A stretch of DNA of 64,000 nucleotides from Eledone cirrhosa (taxonomy: Eukaryota): positions 291,090,001 through 291,154,000 of the forward strand of contig OZ024742.1 in NCBI GenBank assembly GCA_964016885.1, given 5' to 3'. Of this stretch, positions 53,544 through 64,000 are shown piece after piece. Made by a program: the position numbers and the translations under genes. The first letter of the stretch is position 1, and each line of letters starts with the position of its first letter. The notes beneath the pieces are model-generated. The model was not told the origin of the DNA, did no database searches, and saw only the letters and a list, made by a program, of their open reading frames with translations.

Positions 53544-53634
<91 letters not shown>

Positions 53635-53647
53635 ATATATATATGTG

Positions 53648-53716
<69 letters not shown>

Positions 53717-53721
<5 letters not shown>

Positions 53722-54112
53722 TAAGGAAAGTATATACTTTCAGACGTTCAATCATCTGGCAGGAAGGTATATGGTGCTGACGATAGCTAATAAGCTTGAA
53801 ACTAGTACATCGTTCCTTTGTCAGTGTTGAACAAAAGGGCAACGATGGTTGCTAAACACTGTACGGCTTAATTCGGGATGTTTGTTTACAAACAAACCGA
53901 GCATTATAATAAATGCTCGGTAAATCCATACGTACATATATATATGTGTGTATGTATATATATATACATACACACATGCATGTATGTATATATATATATA
54001 CATACTACTGTACGTCTGTATACATATATGTATGTACGTGTACATACTTATATTTAAGTAACAGCCGTACTAAGAGTGAGAAATGAAATTTCATTTCATT
54101 TTTTCCATTTAT
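53717..54112 (+). mobile_element. Retrozyme-like family A, circularly permuted near-monomer
   Basis: Colinear with 600-840 followed by 421-535. Flanked by (TA)n. Confidence 0.85.
53771..53813 (+). ncRNA. Type I hammerhead ribozyme (family A)
   Basis: ATGGTG-CTGACGA-TAGCTAATAAGCTT-GAAA-CTAG-TA-CATCGT. Stem I substitutions preserve pairing. Confidence 0.85.
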
Positions 54113-54310
54113 ATATATATATATAAATGGAAAATATATATATATATATATTATTATAAAGCGTCAGAACCTGATGGCTGGGCACTTGCCATTGGGTCCC
54201 GACTCATTATAATATAAACATACTCTACTACCCCAAGTATTGAGTACTCTGTTGAGAAATGGTCTAACCAGTTTGAAATTGAATCCATTCTGATTTATAT
54301 ATATATATAT

Positions 54311-56360
54311 ACTCTGGACTAGAAAAGATAGAACATACAACTTTGACATTACGATGGGCTCAAGTGACTCCGTGAAAATCACCGATTTAGTTGGGATTTA
54401 CCTATTACATAACATCAGAGCCGAAATCCAACCCTTGGAAGGCAGAATATACAGAGACGGTGCCCTATTTGCAGTCCACAATTGCACTAATCAAGAAATC
54501 GATTTGCTAAAAAAACAATTACATAGATTCTTTAAAAATAACTGTCTCTCTATCACCATCGAGCCGAACCATAAAGTAGAAACTTCCTAGACGTCACCCA
54601 GGATCTCAACAATAACCTATATTACCCTTACCATAAACCAGGTGAAATACTCACATATATTAGCCCACACTCTAACCACCCACCGATAGTCATCAGAGCA
54701 GTAATCAAATCTATCTCGTATAGGATCTCAATGCTATCAGCAAATGAGGAGATATTTATAAACCATGCACAATATTATAACAAGGCTCTCTCTGAATCTG
54801 GTTATGAACAATAAATTTATTACATACATAAATGCCATAACATAGCAATTCACCATAATAAACTTAACACTAGAACTAGAAATACCTTAGCATATAGCCA
54901 GATTCGCCGGAATTTTAGCAGTATCAGCACCTATACAGGGAACTTTAATGGTGGCAGCGGCCTGCTCTCCACTCCAAGTAGCAAACTAAAAATCAACCCT
55001 AGAATAGGAATGAGAAATGGGATGACAAATAACACATCCCCAGGTAATAATAACCCTAGGAAGGCCCCTACCAACTCCACTAGAACCCCTAGAAGGAATA
55101 GACCTAGAAATATCACCTGGCTTAACCCCCCATTCTCATCTAATCTAGCCACTAATATCACCAAACGCTTCTTCTCTATCCTATCTAAACATCCCCCCCC
55201 CCCCCCAACCATAGATATTACAAACTCTTTAATAAAAATAACATTAAAATCTCATTCTCCACAATACCTAACCTAGCTAGCCACATCGCATTTAGTAACC
55301 ATCATAAGCTAAGACAGTATAACTCCCACACCACGGTACCACCACCCCTATCAAATACACCATGCCACTACACCAATAATTACTCTAGTAGCACACCTCC
55401 CCCATCTAATCCTTCTAGCTCGGACCTACCGCTTAGGTTAAACTACCCTACTCTCACTAACCGCAGAAGCAACTGCAACTGCCGTTACTCCAATGCATGC
55501 CCATTAAATGGACACTGCCTGACACCCAACATAGTCTATAGGTGCACGGTTAAAACTGCTTCGAATACCAGCTCTTATATCGGGTCTACCTCTAACCCTT
55601 TTAAGGTACGCTATAACGTGCACTCTTTTTCCTTCCGAGACCCTAGCAACAGATGTTCGACATCGCTAGCTAGGCTCATTAAAAACCTTAAATTAAACAA
55701 CGTTCAACACTCATTAAAATGGGATATCGTGGCTAGGGCCCAACCGTTCAATGGACGAAGAAAATCTTGTGATCTCTGTATTACAGAAGCATATTACATA
55801 ACTCTATCACGACCTCTACTGATTAACGATAGAACGGAGGTAACTATTAGCTGTCAACATCGAAGGGCTAATTCCTTCGCCAATAAAATATTTGACCCAA
55901 CTTAGTCATCTAGCCCCATTTTTACTTGTAGCTAATAAGTTAAATTGCTATGAACAACTTAGATAATTATAAGTTACCTCCCCTACATTGTCACTCAATT
56001 AAAAAATTTAAAAATTAGCACTTAACTATAAACACCCACAATTTCTAATCTCTCGAGGAGTTACTTCCCCTGAAACCACCCTCTAATTAGTAAGGTAAAT
56101 ATGTCCTTTGGCAGCCATCTTGTTACCCATAGGCAGATCTCACACAATGCAGCTTCAACAGATGAATACTGCTTGATTATGGCAGACAACTGATGCAACC
56201 AAGACACCATAGTAAAAAACCAATATATGGAACATTATATTATGTAACATTCTCTCATTATTTTAATTTATATTCCTCTGAACCAGATCAATTATGATAT
56301 ATAGTCATCTGATCCAGAAATATTATATGGAGTAGCGAAACAATTGTAAACAGACATTAT
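54311..56360 (+). mobile_element. Naiad-like Penelope element, 5'-truncated and frameshifted
   Basis: NFDITMGSSDS..ITDLVGIYLL, IYRDG, YHKP..SNHP, WLNPPFS, CNCR..CPLNGHC, IVYRC..YIGST, CDLC, CQHR; coding remnant 54312-55905. Confidence 0.9.
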
Positions 56361-56658
56361 TATTATTAATATTATTATTATTATTCTCTACATTCCTTAC
56401 ATCAAACTAAAATATGTTGACAATCTTTTAATAATGTCTTCCTTGTGAAATTTGTGGTCTTGTTTTGCTTAACTAATGAATATTTCCAGCACTGCGCACC
56501 TAACTTCTGCATGAACCCAGCCACCAAGCTGCTTTCTACTGCATATTGCACATTGAGCACATGCCTTTACGCTTTGGCTTCTAACTAATTCACCAATCTC
56601 TCCTCTCATATCTCCTCTCCTATCTCCATCTCTCTCTTTAAGATTGGTTACTCTTGAA

Positions 56659-56724
<66 letters not shown>

Positions 56725-56928
56725 TTAATTGTACTATTTATGGTTATGAAAATACAAAAACCTTTAGCAGTTATATGTATTTTTTATACAAACCCTAAAT
56801 AGTGGTAGGCAGTAATGTATTACTAGCTTATTACCAGTAAGTTAAGTAGCTCAATGTAAAAACATCAGATGATTTACAGAGCAGTTATATGAAATATAAG
56901 AATCAAAGAACTGTTCAAAACATTATTG

Positions 56929-56975
56929 TGCTTACAGCTGTTTCCTCCAAACCGAGGTTTGGATTCTTCGGAGCA
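56929..56975 (-). ncRNA. Variant hammerhead (CCGAAGA core) in the 3' pLTR
   Basis: TGCT-CCGAAGA-A-TCCAAAC CTCG GTTTGGA-G-GAAA-CAGCTG-TA-AGCA. Confidence 0.75.
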
Positions 56976-58422
56976 ATTTATTAATGAATGGGCAGTTATA
57001 TGACCTCCTTTTCAGCCAAGAGACATACCGATACATATGCAGATATTGTGGGTCAACATTCATTACAGCATTTAGAGTGGCAGTACACACTTCGAGATTA
57101 CATTCATAATAAAAGGTACAATCAAAAATCAAAAATACAGGTTAAAATACAACATGAAGATAAGCGGTTATATAGTGCAAATGTTATATGTGTGGCAAGC
57201 ACGTGCGTCTTGTTTATATAGTGTGGCAGAGAGATATGTGTGGTAGGAGCACTTAGGTAGGTAAAGAAGAATGTTAGGTTGGTTGATCTGGTGGGAAATT
57301 CTTTATATGATTGTTATAGTCTGTGAGTGGAGAAAAGATATAAGCATTAAAAATAGTGCAAGCATTAAAAGTATTAAACGTATTGGAGATGCACAGCGAA
57401 GGGATGACAAGAACCTCATGTACTTCGACATTTTCATGGTCAGGGGAGTGTATTCTTCGATTATATGCCCCTCACATAATCCACGGCAATTCTATATTGA
57501 GCGTTTGACAATCCAGTTAGAGAATCGTAGTCCGATGTTCTTAAGTTCAATACAGGAGGCTGTTACGTTTCGCGAAACGACATTGAATACTACCCGGAAG
57601 TGTGTGTGTGGCTAAGGGGAGTTAATGCATGAGGGGAGGTAACTCCGGGGTTTCTATACCTAGCTATTGAAATGTCTCAATATAGACCCTAATTTCTATG
57701 GTTATGCGCAACTTCCCAAAAATTCCTAAAGCATAAAGTGTTTTAACTATAGAGTAGTTTATTAAGTTGTGCTGAAGGTGTTCGTATTATTATGGTGAAT
57801 TAACCCCCATCCTAGGGTGCCACAAATGAATATTATAGACGATGAGCGAGGATTCTAAATTAATGATCCCTGTGGTTGTAGCCTACTCATAGGACCAGGC
57901 GCGGTGATTGCAGAATCACTTCAAGACACAATGATCTCTGGTAAGTTCTGGGTCATCGCTTGCTACATTGGATGTCGAAAGGTAATCATCATCAGGGCCG
58001 GCCAGAGGTCAATCCGCAGTCCTCATGACCCCACTCTGACCATCAAATCATCCATATATGTACAACCCGCACGGCAGTTGCAATACATTCATTCTCTGCA
58101 CTCAGCGTCCTGGTCCTACTGCTCAACAGCGTTACTAGATTAAATCGTTTTTCATCTGTCTAAGGAAGGCACTTCCTCCGCACAACACCACCAAACTAAT
58201 CAATTCATGCTTAAATTACCTATAGAGCGGTGTAGTGCAGTTCAAGTGGGTGGATGTTGTCACCCCTAACGTAGAGGTATAAATGGGTATTCTCCCAGCG
58301 AAGGGTTCCGGAGGGATGTCGTAGTTTGTGTTATATTAGATCAGTTAGTGTTGTGTATGTTGTATAAGGTGAGCCCCTGGTGTTTGATGCTAGATGTGGT
58401 GTTTGGTTCAAGTCCGACATTG

Positions 58423-60882
58423 CTATATATTGGGCTTAAAGTTTTGGAAGGAATGTCTGAAGCGGTGCTGGCAAGTTGCAAACACCTCAGATTTTTTGTT
58501 AAGTAGGTTACGGTTGGAGAAGATAATATTGTGGGTCTCTAGTATACAGAGGTTACAAAATTTATTAGGTGGTTTGTACGAAGTCGCGCTGCCTATCACT
58601 TCCCATTTGAGTGTGTATGGTTTATTTTTAGTTTTTAGATAGTGTATGTAGCTAGATAGTGAGGTGGAGTTGGCTAGGCTGTGCTTTTTGAATGAGTGGA
58701 TGTGCGAATTATATCTGATTTTGAAGCTGTTAGAAGTGGAGCCTACATAGGTTTCTGAAGAGTTGCTAGTTGTGACGGTGCATGAGTATATGATATCCTT
58801 GGTTAGGCATTTTTTATCCAAAGGGCAGGTTCTATTAGCTCTACAGTTACAATTATCCTGTGTGCTAGTCTGCTGGTTATAATGCAGTGCAGAAGTCTGG
58901 GTGGTAGCTATAGGATTTTGGACATTCGGGTTGTCAACCCCGGTGTTATTTCTTATACTAGTGTTATTTCTATTGTTACTGCCGTTACTATGGTTGCTTG
59001 CTACAGAGGTATTTAGAAGGTTTGGATCCTGTTGTGATTTCGTTTGTTGGAAGTAAGAATTAATTTTATTTTTATTGCTGCTAGCTATGTGGTATGCTAA
59101 GTTAGGCGTCGTAGAGTATGAGATTTTAATAGTGTTTTTGTTTAAAAGGTTGTGGTACTTGTGTCCTAGAGGGAAGTTTTTATCTAGTAGTGAGAAGAAA
59201 GCCCTAGGTATGTTGGTGGAGACATTTAGGTTGAAAGGAGGGTTGAAAAATGTATTATTTCTTCTTCTATTTTTACTTTTAGTGTTTGGTGTGTTGTTTC
59301 TTCCTACGGCACCACAGTAGTTTCCGTGGTAATGGTTACTTCCGGTGGCACCCTCCGCTTTGGTGTACTTGTGGTTGCTATTCCTATTATTAGGTTTCCT
59401 CATGGACATGTTGTGCGAGATGATGTTGTAGCTATGTGTTTTCTTAGGTAGGAACTCAATTTCTATATTATGGCCGGATCTAGCTAATGCTTGATTGTAA
59501 TATCGTGAGTTTTTGCTAAATATGTTTGCGTCATAGGACAGGCTAGAGATTCTATTGGATACCCCCTTAGAGATAGAGTTTAATATTGATCTAAGGTGAT
59601 TAGACTTAGTATCTAATTAAATGAGTTTTTCGTTAGGCTTATGGAAAGGTGTATATATTTTTGAGTCTAGGTATAGTGTGGCGTCTAGGAAGTTTACATT
59701 TTTAGTGTTTTTGTCCATGGTGATACTAAGGTTAAAGTTTTTGAATGTCTTATGCAATTGTTTTCTAGCTCTTTCTATATTAAATTTTTTATATTCTATA
59801 AGTAGAAGTGCATCATCGCGGTACAAACCACCGTTGAGGTAAGGGAGGTCCTTATGGATTTCATTGAGAAGGTATAGGCCGACCAAATCAGTGACCTGCG
59901 CCGAGTCATTAGATCCCATGGTTATGTCGAAGTTGTTGTGCGTATCCTTGCGTGTCCATAGTTGGTCTTCGAAGGTGATTATGGTTTTACGGGCCGCAAG
60001 GATGACATCAATCTGGGCTCTAGTCAGGTCGCTATTGTTCATGGCCATGATAAGTGCCTTATTTAATAGGATAGGGGAAATAGAGGTGTAGTATGAATTG
60101 ATATCAAATTGAATACATTTTTTGTCCTTATTATTCTTGATATCTTTGAACCATTCAATCACTTCACCCGTATTTCCCCATTGTTTAAGGTGTATCCTGT
60201 GTTTAATTTGTGGGATGATTTTATCCAAGATTTTCTTGCTGATAATACCAATGTCGGACTTGGAAGGGCAGATAAGTCTTATCGAGGGGTTGCTGATGAA
60301 GTCCTCCTTATGGTCCTTCAGAGAGAATCTAGGGGGGTTTGGGGTGAATGGTTGTGTAAGTCTCTGAAGTCCTAGTTTAGACACTATATTATATCCCTCT
60401 ATATTAATATCTTCTAAGTTTTTCAAGGTGGTCTTTTTGTAGCTTTTATGTAGTTCATTATATATAAATTTTCTATAAGTATTATAATCTAGGCTGTATA
60501 TGTTATTAGTTTTATCTGTGTGTACAATAATTTTATTACTAGTTTTGAATCCATTAATAGAGGTGTTAAGTTTGTTTAAGAAGGTGTTGCTTCTAATATG
60601 GTACTTATTGTATTTAATGTTCTTAACTAGTTTAACTAGGTCATTTTCAAAGGAGTTAAGTAGTGTGTTATGAGGGGGGCTTTTAAAGGTTTTAAAGCCG
60701 AAGGAGTCAAATTTGTTAGTATTATTCACGTTGTTAGATCTGTTTCTATCATAATGGAATGCCCTCCATCTCACTCTATTGATAAATGAATTTACACTGT
60801 TGATCATCAATTTCTCATATGTATACCTGGATGGTATTGGTATGTTCTTGGTTGACATGGGGAGTTGGTCTTTGATTAGCAT
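58423..60882 (-). pseudogene. Naiad-like RT-GIY-YIG polyprotein, 820 codons, one in-frame TAA at 59617-59619
   Basis: ORFs 59617-60882 and 58423-59409 are in the same frame and the intervening 69 codons are open. Motifs FDINSYY, FDITMGS, GLYRDD, CNCR..CPL..C, IIYSC..YVGST. Confidence 0.92.
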
Positions 60883-61134
60883 ATTGGTAATATTATATGT
60901 CAGCTCAACAATATGGAGCAGTTAATAGTATTAATTGTACTATTTATGGTTATGAAAATACAAAAACCTTTAGCAGTTATATGTATTTTTTATACAAACC
61001 CTAAATAGTGGTAGGCAGTAATGTATTACTAGCTTATTACCAGTAAGTTAAGTAGCTCAATGTAAAAACATCAGATGATTTACAGAGCAGTTATATGAAA
61101 TATAAGAATCAAAGAAGTGTTCAAAACATTATTG

Positions 61135-61181
61135 TGCTTACAGCTGTTTCCTCCAAACCGAGGTTTGGATTCTTCGGAGCA
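61135..61181 (-). ncRNA. Variant hammerhead in the 5' direct pLTR
   Basis: Identical motif to 56929-56975. Confidence 0.75.
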
Positions 61182-61623
61182 ATTTATTAATGAATGGGCA
61201 GTTATATGACCTCCAATACGTTTAATACTTTTAATGCTTGCACTATTTTTAATGCTTATATCTTTTCTCCACACACAGACTATAACAATCATATAAAGAA
61301 TTTCCCACCAGATCAACCAACCTAACACTCTTCTTTACCTACCTAAGTGCTCCTACCACACATATCTCTCTGCCACACTATATAAACAAGACGCACGTGC
61401 TTGCCACACATATAACATTTGCACTATATAACCGCTTATCTTCATGTTGTATTTTAACCTGTATTTTTGATTTTTGATTGTACCTTTTATTATGAATGTA
61501 ATCTCGAAGTGTGTACTGCCACTCTAAATGCTGTAATGAATGTTGACCCACAATATTTGCATATGTATCGGTATGTCTCTTGGCTGAAAAGGAGGTCATA
61601 TAACTGCCCATTCATTAATAAAT

Positions 61624-61670
61624 TGCTCCGAAGAATCCAAACCTCGGTTTGGAGGAAACAGCTGTAAGCA
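61624..61670 (+). ncRNA. Variant hammerhead in the inverted pLTR
   Basis: Identical motif on the plus strand. Confidence 0.75.
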
Positions 61671-61701
61671 CAATAATGTTTTGAACAGTTCTTTGATTCT
61701 T

Positions 61702-61789
<88 letters not shown>

Positions 61790-61857
61790 AATGTAAGTTT
61801 GCATATGTACACACATATATATACACATATGTGTATATGTATATACACACACACACA

Positions 61858-62428
61858 TCATCATCATCATCATCATTTAACGTCCATGTTCCACGCTTGC
61901 ATGGGTTTGGACGGGAGTTTTCCCACTTGAGGCAAGAGTGGTTGTCTTGCTCGCATAGGACTGTCTGGCGGGTTTTCTACAGCTGGATGCCCTCCCTAAC
62001 ACCAACCACATTTACAGTGTGGGACTGGGAGGTTTTTACCGTGTTGCCTACACGGCCACATTACAGCGTGGACTGTGTGTTTTTTTTGTCGTGACACCTA
62101 CACGATCTCATTTGTTTCGGCCTGGATGATGTGGCACCAACATAACTTTACATTGAAAGGGGCGGTGTGGATGGGGTGGGGGTGGTGGGACGGGGGTGTA
62201 TTTTGTTAGAGATGCCTACTGACTGTAGTAGGTTTTACTTTGTATTTAGGTAAGGCGGGTCTTCTCTATTACTGAGTACCGCCAAAGATCTCAGTCCAGT
62301 GACATTGTCTTGGAGAGGTGTAAGTGTGTGAGGTCGGAATTTATCAGGTCATCCCAGGTTTTTCTGGGTCTGCCTACTCCGTGGCTACCATCTATCTTTA
62401 TTGCCCTGCACTTTTTTATACAGCTGTC
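61858..62428 (-). mobile_element. RTE LINE 3' fragment
   Basis: Closely matches 39365-39915. Confidence 0.9.
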
Positions 62429-62478
62429 ATATATATATATACATATGTATGTATGGGTTATATTGAATATTAATAATA

Positions 62479-62661
62479 ATTGTTTCTACTTTAGGCACAA
62501 GGCCAGCAATTACCCAGTGCATTACTGGTACTTTATTTTATTGACCCCGTAAGGATGAAAGGCAAAGTTAACCTCGGCGGGATTTGAACTCAGATCGTAA
62601 AGGGACATAACTATGCTGGAAAGCATGGCATCCGACCCTCTACCGGTACTGCCAATCCACC
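62479..62661 (-). mobile_element. tRNA-derived SINE inside an A2 monomer
   Basis: Family match; TSD ATTAATAATAAT. Confidence 0.88.
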
Positions 62662-62764
62662 ATTAATAATAATATTTGATTTGTTTGTAAACAAACGGTC
62701 CAATTAAAGCTGTGCCATGCCGATGACAAATCATCATCCGTTTGTTCAACACTGGCATTGAGGA

Positions 62765-62807
62765 ACAATCAACATGTTTCTGGGTCATTACCCTTCATCA
62801 AGACTGT
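62765..62807 (-). ncRNA. Type I hammerhead (family A2, C3>U)
   Basis: ACAGTC-TTGATGA-A-GGGT AATG ACCC-A-GAAA-CATG-TT-GATTGT. Confidence 0.7.
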
Positions 62808-63089
62808 ATACCTCTGTCAATCTGTTGAACGGTTGAAAATATATAGTATTTTCTTAAGTATACATCAGGCTGAGTATACATCAAGCTGAGTAGCCTCATT
62901 TGCATACCGAACAAGTTGCTGAATACTAAAAATAAAATTAGTATTTTATTTCTTGCCCTAGCACAGCTGATACATAAGTGTAAGTATGCATACGTACACA
63001 CATATATATATACACATATCTATATATATATATATACACACACACACACATATATACATATGTACGTATGGGTTATATCAAATATTAAT

Positions 63090-63271
63090 AATTGTTTCTA
63101 CTTTAGGCACAAGGCCAGCAATTATCCAGTACATTACTGGTACTTTATTTTATCGACCCTGTAAGGATGAAAGTAAAGTTAACCTCAGCGGGATTTGAAC
63201 TCAAAATGGCAAGGGCCATAACTCTATACGTCAAAGCATGGCGTCCGACCCTCTACCGATACTGCCAATCC
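63090..63271 (-). mobile_element. tRNA-derived SINE inside the next A2 monomer
   Basis: Family match, with different diagnostic bases from 62479-62661. Confidence 0.85.
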
Positions 63272-63526
63272 ATCAATAATAATATTTGATTTGTTTGTAA
63301 ACAGCCCGATCAATGCTGTGCTATACTACACACACACAGACACATATATATATATAATCTACAAGCGTATGGTAATTACAGTAGTAGTAATCTATATTCA
63401 CTGTAATTACCATACACTTGTAGATTATATTCTTGTAGAAGTCAGGCATTTATCATCTAAGAAGCATTTACTTGGGATTCTATAATTGTATAATCTAATG
63501 TTCACATTATTTGGAGATTTTATTTT

Positions 63527-63685
63527 AGGGTAGTGGATTGGCAGTATTGGTAGAGAGTCGGACGCCATGCTTTACAGCATAGTAACGTCCCTTTACGGAC
63601 TGAGTTCAAATTCGGGGTCGATAAAATAAAGTACCAGTAATGTACTGGGTAATTGCTGGCCTTGTGCCAAAAGTATAAACAATTA
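63527..63685 (+). mobile_element. tRNA-derived SINE with internal deletion
   Basis: Family match; ATTATTTGGAGATTTTAT duplicated on both sides. Confidence 0.8.
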
Positions 63686-64000
63686 TTTGGAGATTTTATC
63701 CTAGTTGTACAATTTTCCTGATTAGAAAAAATTGATGAATTGGATATGAGGTGTTTGGGATAGTTTTGGTTTAAGATTGAATTATTTACATCTTTAATTT
63801 TACTACTAATTCTAGGTATTAGGCAATCTTGGCATCAAACTACATCATTACTCTCGAGTCTCAAATAATAGTGGGGGCAGTGGTGGAATAAGCGGCTATG
63901 TGTGGATAATCGATAATTTTTCTAGGTGTCTCTGTTGATTTTTTTAAAAGACAGAATTAGTTGTTTAGTTTACATCTTGAAACCCTAACCCATCCCATTT

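Larger units (their letters stand above)
56721..61712 (-). mobile_element. Near-intact Naiad-like Penelope element with direct and inverted pLTRs
   Basis: Direct repeat 56721-57008 matches 60927-61214. 61211-61712 is the reverse complement of 56887-57388, joined at a CTCC microhomology. (TA)n on both sides. Confidence 0.95.
61790..63330 (-). mobile_element. Diverged retrozyme-like family A2 tandem array, interrupted by one RTE fragment and two SINEs
   Basis: Shares TTGTTTGTAAACAAAC, GTTCAACA/TGTTGAAC and GCTGAGTAGCC..ATTTGCATA with family A. Repeat period about 620 bp including a ~190-bp SINE. Confidence 0.7.

Noticed and set aside
56261-56360. GAAA-CAATTG-TA half of a hammerhead at the end of the plus-strand Naiad
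   Set aside because: No CUGANGA and no stem I partner could be found; at best a decayed relic, so it was not counted.
56932-57615. Short ORFs duplicated at 57 kb and 61 kb
   Set aside because: They arise from pLTR duplication and show no protein motifs.
58423-60882. Selenoprotein-type Naiad
   Set aside because: The conserved Cys motifs in all three Naiads use ordinary Cys codons. The single stop here is TAA, and the TGA near 30137 falls at a probable Arg position.

Overview
AT-rich, microsatellite-dense eukaryotic DNA. The repeat content and gene type suggest a coleoid cephalopod such as octopus; this is an inference. One complete 11-exon plus-strand gene can be assembled by hand (1635-27400, 431 aa): signal peptide, pro-peptide, astacin zinc metalloprotease and MAM domain, the architecture of squid ALSM/myosinase and meprin-like proteases. 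A probable first exon of a second secreted paralogue lies at 47919-47990. The rest is mobile DNA: four Penelope-like elements (one Neptune-like, three Naiad-like, one of them a single stop codon from intact), RTE, R4/Dong, CR1, CRE and Tx1-like LINE fragments, tRNA-derived SINEs, a DD37D mariner, MITEs, Helitrons and minisatellites. The main hidden signal is a set of about 16 type I hammerhead ribozyme motifs from about 10 sequence families. Several lie in non-coding tandem-plus-inverted repeat units of about 420 bp and about 310 bp that look like non-autonomous, Penelope-mobilised retrozymes (possible circular-RNA formers). The 420-bp families keep an octamer motif upstream of the ribozyme, and several families have a non-canonical catalytic core. 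Most short ORFs in the supplied track are microsatellite artefacts.
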